Origin: an uncultured Pseudomonadota bacterium
Lineage (GTDB): Bacteria > Oederibacteriota > Muellerivitia > Muellerivitales > Muellerivitaceae
Direction: 5' to 3'
Assembly (NCBI GenBank): GCA_963843375.1
Contig: CAWJKT010000009.1
Location: 256,001-320,000, forward strand
Length of the DNA stretch: 64,000 nucleotides
In this document: in pieces, positions 8,077 through 16,163 of the stretch
How positions within the stretch are numbered: position 1 is the first letter of the stretch
Layout of the letters: each line of letters opens with the position of its first letter
Translations under genes and position numbers: made by a program
The notes under the pieces: generated by a model
Told to the model about the DNA's origin: nothing
The model's database searches: none
Seen by the model: only the letters and a program-made list of their open reading frames with translations

Positions 8077-8664
8077 CTAAAGCCCTAAGCCTTGAAGAAA
8101 GGCTTCTGATTCACGCTCGAACTGTTCTCGTATGTATGAAATGAGGGCCATACGCCAAACACCCTGCAAGTAAGTAATGATGACCTTGGTAATTGTGCCG
8201 GTGTCATAACTTTTAGGAAGACGCCCTGCTTTCTTATCTTCATTGATCTTGTCTTCGATCAGTTTTTGAGTTTGATTTATCCTGGTAATAATAGCTTTTC
8301 TTAATTCGTTATCAGCCATAACGTCTTCGGAAAGCATCCCAGCGAACATGCAAATATTAGAAGGGCATTTGGGATCATCGAGACTGTCAAACATGGCGCT
8401 TAGCATGGCCCGCATCCCAAGACTTGTACTCGGGGCTGATGTCAGGGCAAGGCTTCTTTTTTTGCCTTCGATCTCCCCATACCTCTTCAAACATTCGATA
8501 TAGAGGCGCTTTTTGCTTTTGATGGTATTGTAAAAGGAACCTTCCCCGATCTTCATCGCCTTCAGAAGGTCTCTTAGCGATGCACCAGAGTATCCGTCAC
8601 GCCAAAAGACGCGCATCGCTTGATCCACTGCCTTATCGTAATCAAACTCCACTTTTCTAGCCAT
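8077..8664 (-). CDS. TetR/AcrR family regulator
   Basis: MARKVEFD...AMRVFWRDGYSGASLRDL...GSFYN. Confidence 0.9.
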   Translation of the reverse strand: MARKVEFDYDKAVDQAMRVFWRDGYSGASLRDLLKAMKIGEGSFYNTIKSKKRLYIECLKRYGEIEGKKRSLALTSAPSTSLGMRAMLSAMFDSLDDPKCPSNICMFAGMLSEDVMADNELRKAIITRINQTQKLIEDKINEDKKAGRLPKSYDTGTITKVIITYLQGVWRMALISYIREQFERESEAFLQGLGL

Positions 8665-8745
8665 GTCTCATTTTACCTCTGCGAAATATCTGAAGCAATC
8701 TATTTGTAGCAAATGTGACAATATCATTTGACTGCCGTGCCATTA

Positions 8746-8767
8746 TTCTGTAGCATGTGCTATAGAA
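8746..8767. promoter_or_regulatory. Probable TetR operator
   Basis: TTCTGTAGCA-TG-TGCTATAGAA inverted repeat in the divergent intergenic region. Confidence 0.55.
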
Positions 8768-8812
8768 TTTAAGCGGAGATATTTCCCACGATGTTGTGGT
8801 TAGGAGACGAAA

Positions 8813-9706
8813 ATGAACGAAAGTATATTGATAACAGGAGCAAATATTGGGCTTGGGAAAGAAACCGCCCGACAGTTAGCCCTGAAAAAAGAAACAAAAA
8901 AGGTAATTCTTTTTTGCAGAAATCAAGAAAAAGCCGAGGCAGCAAAAAAGGACCTTGAGGAGAAAACGGGAAAAAAGATTTTTGAAATTATTATTGGGGA
9001 TGTTTCGGATGCGAATTCTGTAAGAAAAGCAGTAGAAAAAATAAAGGACCCTATTGATGCCGTCATTTTAAACGCAGGTGGAATGGTTGGGAAAACTGCT
9101 GCGCAAATCACACCCTCTGGCATGAATAATTTGGCCGCGACTAATATTTTAGGTCATGTGGTTCTAGTGGATGAGCTTCTAAAACAAGATAAGTTAAAAA
9201 AAGTAGTACTATTTGTAAGTGCGGAAGCTGTACCGGGAGTAAAGCCTCTCGGAATGAAACCAGTTTCAATGAAGACTTCCTCTGTGGATGAGTTTGCTGC
9301 GGTTCTTGATGGTTCATTTTTTGGTAAAAAGTTCGATGTAACCCAAGCATACGGATACGTTAAATATGTAGGAACGATGTGGACGTTATCAATGGCAAGA
9401 AAATATCCTGATCTCAAATTTGTTGTTATGAGTCCCGGCAACACAAAGGGAACTCTGGCACCGGATAACTTGCCCCAGCCTATGAGATTTATGTTGAAGT
9501 ACGTAATGATGCCTATTGTGTTTCCATTGATGGGTGGAATGGTGCACGAGATAGAGGTAGGTGTAAAACGCCTCGTCGATGGCATTTCGGATGAGCGATA
9601 TAAAAGTGGCGTTTTTTATGCGAGTAAAGAGGGTAAGCTATCGGGGGACGTGGTTGACCAGAGCACGTTTTTTCACTGCTTTGAAAAATACTACATTTCA
9701 AGATAA
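8813..9706 (+). CDS. Short-chain dehydrogenase/reductase (true end may be 9743 if a T run is mis-called)
   Basis: ITGANIGLGKETA, LNAG, YGYVK motifs. Confidence 0.85.
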   Translation: MNESILITGANIGLGKETARQLALKKETKKVILFCRNQEKAEAAKKDLEEKTGKKIFEIIIGDVSDANSVRKAVEKIKDPIDAVILNAGGMVGKTAAQITPSGMNNLAATNILGHVVLVDELLKQDKLKKVVLFVSAEAVPGVKPLGMKPVSMKTSSVDEFAAVLDGSFFGKKFDVTQAYGYVKYVGTMWTLSMARKYPDLKFVVMSPGNTKGTLAPDNLPQPMRFMLKYVMMPIVFPLMGGMVHEIEVGVKRLVDGISDERYKSGVFYASKEGKLSGDVVDQSTFFHCFEKYYISR

Positions 9707-9745
9707 CGCTGATAAAGCAATTCACCGGAATATTGTGGCCTAGCG

Positions 9746-10384
9746 ATGAAAAAAGTGTTGGGTGAGCTAACTTGGGCCGCTTCTTATGTTTTTCTTGTCC
9801 TGGGATTCCGGGCTTGTCTTCATGCAGAAACGTCAACAAGTGAGGAATTGCTGGCTACCTATCCCCCCGCACAGTTTAAATTGGATTTCAAGGATGATGG
9901 GGAGCAGGATACGCTGACATTGACCTGCAAAAAGGTCAAAGATTATTCGGTGGATCCTGATACGAAAGAGAAAATCTCGGAGAAAAAGTTTGTTTGGTAT
10001 CAATTTCACATGACCATTGTTTCGCCAAACCATGAAACCCTCTGGGATGATACCTATTCAATTAAAGACGAGGATTACAGCGGGCTTTTTGAAAACTTCG
10101 ATACCCCCTTCCTAACGCCAGCGGTTTATATAAAAAAATATTTTTCAGTGAAATTCAACCACATTGTAAATTGGAAAATAAGTAAAGATGAAATCGATGA
10201 AGATTTAATTAAACAAAAAATCAAAGACACGAAAGTGAAGGTTCGGGTGGAAGATGTTGAAAAAGAGATTCTTACTGGCAAGCATACTGTCGTATTTTAC
10301 CGAGGTGACTGGGCGGTGGACTTGAGGCAGGCGGTGTATTCAAAAAAGCTTCGTAGTGCGGTTGGCTTAGCATGCCCTTATTAA
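9746..10384 (+). CDS. Secreted hypothetical protein
   Basis: Signal-like N-terminus; stop 9 bp before site 10. Confidence 0.6.
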   Translation: MKKVLGELTWAASYVFLVLGFRACLHAETSTSEELLATYPPAQFKLDFKDDGEQDTLTLTCKKVKDYSVDPDTKEKISEKKFVWYQFHMTIVSPNHETLWDDTYSIKDEDYSGLFENFDTPFLTPAVYIKKYFSVKFNHIVNWKISKDEIDEDLIKQKIKDTKVKVRVEDVEKEILTGKHTVVFYRGDWAVDLRQAVYSKKLRSAVGLACPY

Positions 10385-10393
10385 GGCTACCCT

Positions 10394-10421
10394 TGTCCAC
10401 GGCGGGGAGCCTTCGTGGACA
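10394..10421. repeat. Cassette-boundary site 10
   Basis: TGTCCACGGCG-GGGAGC-CTTCGTGGACA. Confidence 0.9.
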
Positions 10422-10535
10422 AGGAAATAAGGCAATAAACGGATAAATGAATATCACCCTTTTAATAGTGAATTGGATAATTGGCCCGTTTGGAATACAA
10501 TCTGAATAAGCTAATGTAAGCAAAGGGGAACGGTC

Positions 10536-10769
10536 ATGAGTCTCGCCGTCAAAGTACCTGTGGACCTTGAAAATCTTATCCAACAGCTTTCCGTGAAAGA
10601 CAAAATCAAGCTGGCCCACGAGCTCGAAAGGCAGACCCGGCGCGAACGTTGGACCCCCCTTCTCAACCGCATCCAAAAACGGACGGCCAAAAATCCGGTC
10701 ACTGATAAAGAAATAACTGCGATTGTCAAAGAAGCCAACCGGGAATTACATGGCAAAGGCCGTCGTTGA
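10536..10769 (+). CDS. Putative antitoxin
   Basis: 77-aa ORF overlapping the PIN toxin; DKEITAIVKE C-terminus. Confidence 0.65.
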   Translation: MSLAVKVPVDLENLIQQLSVKDKIKLAHELERQTRRERWTPLLNRIQKRTAKNPVTDKEITAIVKEANRELHGKGRR

Positions 10770-11163
10770 TACCAATGTATTGATTGGTATTCTTCTCGGA
10801 AGCCATAATTGCCTGGCGGTGCGCGAGGCTTTCCTGGATGGCCTTTTTGACATCCTCATTTCACCTGAACTCGCCGCCGAGTTCATCATCACCTGCCAAA
10901 AACCAAAACTTTCCAAACTCATTCATCCTGGTGATGTCGCGGACACGATGGAGCTTTTAAAAAGCGATGCGGATTGGGTTGCTCCAAAAGTTAAAATCTT
11001 CGCAATCCGTGACCCCAAGGACAATCCCGTATTGGAATGCGTTGTCGCAGGGAAGGCCGATTTCATCATTTCGGGCGACAAAGACCTACTCGATCTCAAA
11101 TCTTTCCGGAAAATTAAAATTATTAATCCTCGGCAATTTTTAATGCTTTTGAAAAGGGCTTAA
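10750..11163 (+). CDS. PIN-domain putative toxin
   Basis: AVVDTNVLI...RDPKDNPVLECVVAGKADFIISGDKDLL. Confidence 0.9.
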   Translation: MAKAVVDTNVLIGILLGSHNCLAVREAFLDGLFDILISPELAAEFIITCQKPKLSKLIHPGDVADTMELLKSDADWVAPKVKIFAIRDPKDNPVLECVVAGKADFIISGDKDLLDLKSFRKIKIINPRQFLMLLKRA

Positions 11164-11171
11164 CTCCGAGC

Positions 11172-11199
11172 TGTCCACGACGGGGACCCCAAAGGAACA
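11172..11199. repeat. Cassette-boundary site 11 (right arm degenerate)
   Basis: TGTCCACGACG-GGGACC-CCAAAGGAACA. Confidence 0.8.
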
Positions 11200-11265
11200 A
11201 TAGTTTAAAGGCAAAAGGGATAGTAATTTGTTTGATGCAAATTTGGTATCATGTATAATACCAAT

Positions 11266-11694
11266 ATGAAACCATTGAGAATTGTACTGGACACCAACAT
11301 TCTCGTCTCCGCTTTAAGGTCGCGCCTAGGCGCTTCGCACCAGTTATTATTGGCGGTGGGCGACAAACGGCTTCAACTTCAACTATCAGTGGCGTTGTTA
11401 TTGGAATATGAGGCTGCCATTAAAAATCCCAATAGCGGCATCAACCTTTCGGCGGATGAAAAAGACGATATCCTGGATTATCTCTGCGGTGAAGCGAAGC
11501 ACTGTAAAGTGCATTACCTTTGGAGACCTTGCTTGAAAGACCCGGGAGATGACATGGTCCTGGAAGTGGCAGTTGCTTCGGAAGCAAGTGGGATTGTCAC
11601 TTTTAACAGGCGGGATTTTAAAGGGATTGAGGCTTGGGGCCTAAAGATTTATACACCCCAGGAAATTTTGAAGATTTTAGGAGGCCATAAATGA
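11266..11694 (+). CDS. PIN-domain putative toxin
   Basis: IVLDTNILVSALRS..GAS...WRPCLKDPGDDMVLEVA...IVTFNRRDF. Confidence 0.9.
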   Translation: MKPLRIVLDTNILVSALRSRLGASHQLLLAVGDKRLQLQLSVALLLEYEAAIKNPNSGINLSADEKDDILDYLCGEAKHCKVHYLWRPCLKDPGDDMVLEVAVASEASGIVTFNRRDFKGIEAWGLKIYTPQEILKILGGHK

Positions 11695-11930
11695 GTGCCA
11701 TTAGCTTGAGATTACCGAATAACCTTCACCGTTCCGTCCGGGAATTGGCGGGAAAGGAACATGTTTCGATCAATCAAATGATCACCTTGGCCCTTGCGGA
11801 AAAAGTCTCAGCCTTGATGGCGGATGAATATTTGGGCCGCCGGGCCAAGCGTGGAAGCAAGGCGAAATTCCTCAAGGCGATGGGGCATGTTGAAAAAATC
11901 GAGCCAGAGGCCAAAGACAAGTTACGGTGA
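11691..11930 (+). CDS. RHH/HicB-like antitoxin
   Basis: ISLRLPNNLH...SINQMITLALAEKVSAL; ATGA overlap. Confidence 0.8.
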   Translation: MSAISLRLPNNLHRSVRELAGKEHVSINQMITLALAEKVSALMADEYLGRRAKRGSKAKFLKAMGHVEKIEPEAKDKLR

Positions 11931-11986
11931 CCTTCTGAGGTTTCCTTGAATTGGTTAGGCGACAACTAAAGAATGATCTGGAAGGT

Positions 11987-12014
11987 TGTCCACGACGGGG
12001 ACCCGGGGTGGACA
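11987..12014. repeat. Cassette-boundary site 12
   Basis: TGTCCACGACG-GGGACC-CGGGGTGGACA. Confidence 0.9.
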
Positions 12015-12085
12015 ATATCAATTTGGGAAACGTTGTAAACATTTTGGTTCAAATCATTAATCCAAAAACAGGGAGGTATAAGAGC

Positions 12086-12763
12086 ATGAAAAATTATTTG
12101 AAAAACCTGGTGCTTTTGTTCTTGTTGTTGGTCCGCGTTGCGGGGGCCCAATCCGGCAACCTGCAACCAAATGATTTTGAAAATTCCGCAAAAGAACAAC
12201 TAGTGTCCCTAAAGGAAACCGTTTCAAGTTTGACCAATGAAAAAGGAGATCTCAGCGACAGGCGCGGTGATTTGACTCTACGGATATTAAAGGAATATTT
12301 GAATGACAAGGCGGATGAAGCGACATCCCAAAAGAACACACAAGGAGCCGCTTATTACCAAAAAGAGAGCTTGGACCTTCAATCATTGCATGACGATATT
12401 TATGCCCATAGCATTAAAATTAGGGACCTCAACCATCAGATGGAAAACTTGCGTGTCGGTTTATACACCGAAGTCATTGATAGATTTACCCAGAGTTTTG
12501 AAAATGATAAAAACTCCAAAGCCGTCTCAATCCTCAAGGAATGCAAAGGTTTCCTTGAAAAGGCTCAATCCATTGTGGAAAAGAAATTTGAGCTGGCCCA
12601 AAATGCCACCGAGGTTAAGAAGAATGGTAATTTCCAAACCGTACCCGATATCCGCAAGCAGATCGATGAACTTCAAAAACAATACGATAAGCTCATTTCG
12701 GACACCCAGGTGAAAATGAAACAAATTGGGTTGGATAAAAACAATCCTCTACTCAATATCTAA
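12086..12763 (+). CDS. Secreted helical/coiled-coil hypothetical protein
   Basis: GGGAGG RBS; signal peptide ending AGA-Q. Confidence 0.65.
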   Translation: MKNYLKNLVLLFLLLVRVAGAQSGNLQPNDFENSAKEQLVSLKETVSSLTNEKGDLSDRRGDLTLRILKEYLNDKADEATSQKNTQGAAYYQKESLDLQSLHDDIYAHSIKIRDLNHQMENLRVGLYTEVIDRFTQSFENDKNSKAVSILKECKGFLEKAQSIVEKKFELAQNATEVKKNGNFQTVPDIRKQIDELQKQYDKLISDTQVKMKQIGLDKNNPLLNI

Positions 12764-12906
12764 TCTCAATGTCGGTCGGTGATCGGGGAGGACATTTTTT
12801 GATTCTCATCCCAGGCTTCGGTCCGTTTCTCTCTTTTCCCCGTCCCCCAAAATCCCTAGTCAGAATCGCAAGTAGCGCCTTTTGAAATGTTGCAATGCAA
12901 GTATCT

Positions 12907-12991
12907 TGTCCACGGCGGGGACCCCGTTCGGCTCCCTTTGGTCGCTCAGGGCAAATTATAAGTCGTCCAATCTGGGGACCCTGATTGGACA
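12907..12991. repeat. Cassette-boundary site 13, long form (full site at 12964-12991)
   Basis: TGTCCACGGCGGGGACCC, insert, CGTCCAATCTG-GGGACC-CTGATTGGACA. Confidence 0.9.
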
Positions 12992-13056
12992 GATGAGAAG
13001 TAAGAAATATCTCGCTTGGATTGAATTTAAAGGGATGAATCTAAAAGAGGCCTCCT

Positions 13057-13971
13057 GTGTTTAAGTTATCAATGATATCAATTTTTATTTTTGCCGCACA
13101 AATCACGTTCGGCGGAGAACTTCAAGCAATAGTTTATTGTAGTGGTACTAATGAGGATGATTTGGGGTTGTGTAGTATCTCGCCCGAAGGTACAAAGCAC
13201 TCCTGCTTAAATGATCGAGATCATTCACTTTTAAATAATCATTATTCCTCTCCAGCTTGGAAACCCAAAAGCAAAGAACTTGTGGTCGAATACGCAAAAC
13301 CTGATGGGGATCGAATACTGGAATTAATTGATGGCCTTGGGAATAAGATTCGCGAAGTTAACAAATCCTTTAATTTTATGAGACCCGTTTGGAGCCCCGA
13401 TGGGAGCCACATTTATGCGTTGAAGTATGGGATAGGGCCACAAATAGGACAATGGGATTCAAATGGGATGAACTTTAAATTTGTACCCATTGTGGGCGCG
13501 CCTAACAACACGAACGCCCCTAATAGCCAAGGTGATTTTCAAATGATTTCTTTCAGCCCTTCAGGGAAAAGCGTCGCTTTGCTCAACTACGGGTTCAAAC
13601 AGATCATTGTAGCTAGTGTGAAAGAACAACAATTTGTCGCTCAAAAAGAACTTCCGACGAATTTTAATTACGTGGCCCAGTCGGCATGGCTTGATGAGAG
13701 TCATTTGCTATTTGTCGGGAGGTTAAATCCGGGGGCTGCCAATCTTTGGGAACTGAACATTGGGGATGGTTCTACGCGTTTAGTGGAAATTCCTAACCTT
13801 TCGCTTCAGGATTACTTTGCCCTCTCGCCGGATCGAAAATCAGTTGTTGTTTGCGCGACAGAAAAAAATCAAAATTTGTGTTGGAGTCTTTGGGAGTATT
13901 TGTTGGGTTCTCCCGCGGCCAAGAGACTTACAACAAGAAATCTGGATTCCGGCCCTACCTGGGGGGACTGA
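13057..13971 (+). CDS. Secreted TolB-like (PD40) beta-propeller protein
   Basis: Repeated PAWKP / PVWSPDG / SFSPSGK / LSPDRK motifs. Confidence 0.7.
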   Translation: MFKLSMISIFIFAAQITFGGELQAIVYCSGTNEDDLGLCSISPEGTKHSCLNDRDHSLLNNHYSSPAWKPKSKELVVEYAKPDGDRILELIDGLGNKIREVNKSFNFMRPVWSPDGSHIYALKYGIGPQIGQWDSNGMNFKFVPIVGAPNNTNAPNSQGDFQMISFSPSGKSVALLNYGFKQIIVASVKEQQFVAQKELPTNFNYVAQSAWLDESHLLFVGRLNPGAANLWELNIGDGSTRLVEIPNLSLQDYFALSPDRKSVVVCATEKNQNLCWSLWEYLLGSPAAKRLTTRNLDSGPTWGD

Positions 13972-13991
13972 GTATTAACGGTTGCAAAGCT

Positions 13992-14076
13992 TGTCCACGA
14001 CGGCGACCCCGTTCGACTCGCTAAGCTCGCTCAGGGCAAATGATAGGTCGTCCAATCTGGGGACCCGGAGTGGACA
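13992..14076. repeat. Cassette-boundary site 14, long form (full site at 14049-14076)
   Basis: TGTCCACGACGGCGACCC, insert, CGTCCAATCTG-GGGACC-CGGAGTGGACA. Confidence 0.9.
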
Positions 14077-14115
14077 GAAGAAAAAAGGATTGAATTTCTT
14101 GTTTAATGTCGCGAG

Positions 14116-15045
14116 GTGTTGATGCAATTCTTCAGAATAGATAAAAAAATCATCCTTTTAGTGGTTTATGCACTTCTGCAAGCCATTGGGATGAACCATG
14201 GTGTTTGGGCAGATCCGGCAGGCGTGTCCACTTCAAAAATTCAAAATGACGATCCCTGCGAAGACTTTATTCGCCAATGGATTGACGGGAAAAATAAAAC
14301 CATTCCAATCAAATTACGTGAGAGGATTCAAAAATATTTAGGGAAGGAAGTTCTCTATCCTCCGCCCATTTCCACAAAAGAGGCTCCCTTTTTTCTTCCG
14401 AAACCTAATGAAATACGGGCTAGTTTTAAAATGGTGCCCTATGCTGATGCAGAATACCAATATAAGATCGATTCTGAATTTATAGCCGCGGGGGACATGG
14501 TTGAAACGAGATATGGGAAATCACCCGTCACCTTCATGCTACATAACGTCTTTTCTTCATTCATCCAAAACCATACTTACTTCCTGGTGAATTATGAGAA
14601 AGACGATTCGGAAACGGACTCAACCGAATATTACAACCTCTATTTGCAAACATCCCCAAAAGCAGTAAGTGAATTAGTTCACGGCGCTTCCCATATTGAC
14701 TTTTTCACTCTTGGAAAAAATTCACCCATATTTGTGGTGGAGGAAAGCCAAACATTTGATGCACATTTCAAAGGTGGATTTTATCAGGTAAGGGGAGATG
14801 GAACCTTAAAAGAGTTGCAAAACTTGGAAGCCTTTAAAGTAAGTTGGGATATCGCTGATTTTGAGGGAAATGGTAATTCGGAACTCATGGTAAGTGAGGA
14901 GATGGACGTCCCCAAACGACCGACTGATTGTAAGGGACATGGAACCTGTTTTTTTCGCGAAATGAAGATCAAAAAATGGGACGGCGTCCAATACGATACG
15001 ATCGCAGATTATTTCTACATTGAACCCTGTGATGTTGTTAGATAG
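14116..15045 (+). CDS. Secreted hypothetical protein
   Basis: Signal-like N-terminus; DFEGNGNSEL loop; fills the cassette. Confidence 0.6.
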   Translation: MLMQFFRIDKKIILLVVYALLQAIGMNHGVWADPAGVSTSKIQNDDPCEDFIRQWIDGKNKTIPIKLRERIQKYLGKEVLYPPPISTKEAPFFLPKPNEIRASFKMVPYADAEYQYKIDSEFIAAGDMVETRYGKSPVTFMLHNVFSSFIQNHTYFLVNYEKDDSETDSTEYYNLYLQTSPKAVSELVHGASHIDFFTLGKNSPIFVVEESQTFDAHFKGGFYQVRGDGTLKELQNLEAFKVSWDIADFEGNGNSELMVSEEMDVPKRPTDCKGHGTCFFREMKIKKWDGVQYDTIADYFYIEPCDVVR

Positions 15046-15059
15046 AAATAAATTAAAGT

Positions 15060-15087
15060 TGTCCACGGCGGGGACCTGTCGTGGACA
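15060..15087. repeat. Cassette-boundary site 15
   Basis: TGTCCACGGCG-GGGACC-TGTCGTGGACA. Confidence 0.95.
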
Positions 15088-15185
15088 TGCAAAATGGGGC
15101 TAGACCTGACATTTCACCGGATTGCCACGGGGCCCCGGGTTTGATATAAGTATGGTAAGTAGTGCCATACTATTGGGGAGGCGAA

Positions 15186-15383
15186 ATGAAAATTACAACC
15201 CATATTGACGAAGCTCTCTTACGGCAGGCGAAACGCAAAACGGGTATCGTTTCTCAACGGGAAATCCTGGAAACCGGCTTACGTAACTTATTGGCGGATA
15301 TCCAAAGAAAAAGTTTCGTGAAGGATTTTGATAAGTTCCGCCTTGATCTCACACTCAATTCACTCAAAGGATCCAGGGGTTGA
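15186..15383 (+). CDS. vapB: VapB-type antitoxin
   Basis: MKITTHIDEALL.QA...GI.S.RE; GGAGG RBS. Confidence 0.8.
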   Translation: MKITTHIDEALLRQAKRKTGIVSQREILETGLRNLLADIQRKSFVKDFDKFRLDLTLNSLKGSRG

Positions 15384-15814
15384 ATCAGCTTTATCTGATT
15401 GACAGTTCGGCCTGGATTTTTGCGTTGGGTTCCAGGCCCCTGGAGGCCATACGAACGCGGGTGAAAGAATTGGTGGAAAACAATCTTGCAGCCATTACCT
15501 CACCTATCTTCTTCGAGCTTGTTTCTTCCGAAAAATCTCAGGCCCATTCGACACTATTGGCGGCGCATTTATCGGCCCTTCACCCTTTCCCCTTATTGCC
15601 AAATGAGTGGGCGGAGGCGGCCGAGTGGACTAGAGAACATCGCCAAAAAGGGCGTAAATTAAAAACGGTTGATGCTTTGATTGCCTTTAAAGCGTATAAA
15701 CACAATCTGACCCTGGTTCACGCTGATGCGGACATGGACAGGATTGCAAGCCATTCCAAATTGGAAGTGGAAAGCTATGTCCGGCAGGTTCGCTCTGTCC
15801 ATCGGAGCAGTTAA
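15380..15814 (+). CDS. vapC: VapC PIN-domain toxin
   Basis: YLIDSSAWI...VDALIA...LVHADADM. Confidence 0.85.
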   Translation: MNQLYLIDSSAWIFALGSRPLEAIRTRVKELVENNLAAITSPIFFELVSSEKSQAHSTLLAAHLSALHPFPLLPNEWAEAAEWTREHRQKGRKLKTVDALIAFKAYKHNLTLVHADADMDRIASHSKLEVESYVRQVRSVHRSS

Positions 15815-15817
15815 AGT

Positions 15818-15845
15818 TGTCCATGGCGGGGAGGCGAAATGAAAC
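15818..15845. repeat. Cassette-boundary site 16 (terminal, left arm only)
   Basis: TGTCCATGGCG-GGGAGG followed by an unrelated right side. Confidence 0.7.
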
Positions 15846-15920
15846 ACTTTTGTTCTAGAGGTGTCTACCACCGGAAGCCTTCGAGTGAATTGCTGATCGA
15901 ACAAAAGGATTCGAAAAAAA

Positions 15921-16163
15921 GTGAAACCTGATCAAAATAAAAAACCATCTCCTGTTTTGAGGACGGTCGTCGAGATGGGGTTCATTATTTTTCTGTTTTA
16001 TTCTAATCTTTTGATGGGGGAATTTACCCAATCCAATAGCACGCAAGGAAAGAGTTTGTATTTGGCCATTAAAGATATATTTACGGTGACTAATTTTACG
16101 ATTGCCATTGTTTCTGCGCTGATTGGTCATTTGATTTTTGAACATTTCAGAAAGAAACTTTAA
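15921..16163 (+). CDS. Small two-TM membrane protein
   Basis: Two hydrophobic segments; stop overlaps the epimerase start. Confidence 0.6.
   Translation: MKPDQNKKPSPVLRTVVEMGFIIFLFYSNLLMGEFTQSNSTQGKSLYLAIKDIFTVTNFTIAIVSALIGHLIFEHFRKKL

Noticed and set aside
445..15845. CRISPR array interpretation of the 28-bp palindromes
   Set aside because: Intervals are 0.6-2.4 kb and contain whole genes, not 25-45 bp spacers; no cas genes in the window.
445..15845. Classical integron attC sites
   Set aside because: Too short, no AAC/GTT core triplets, no extrahelical-base pattern and no intI in the window.
445..15845. Rho-independent terminators as the explanation for the palindromes
   Set aside because: No U tract, primary sequence conserved across unrelated genes, several copies cannot pair fully, and real terminators in the window look different. 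A secondary RNA-level role is not excluded.
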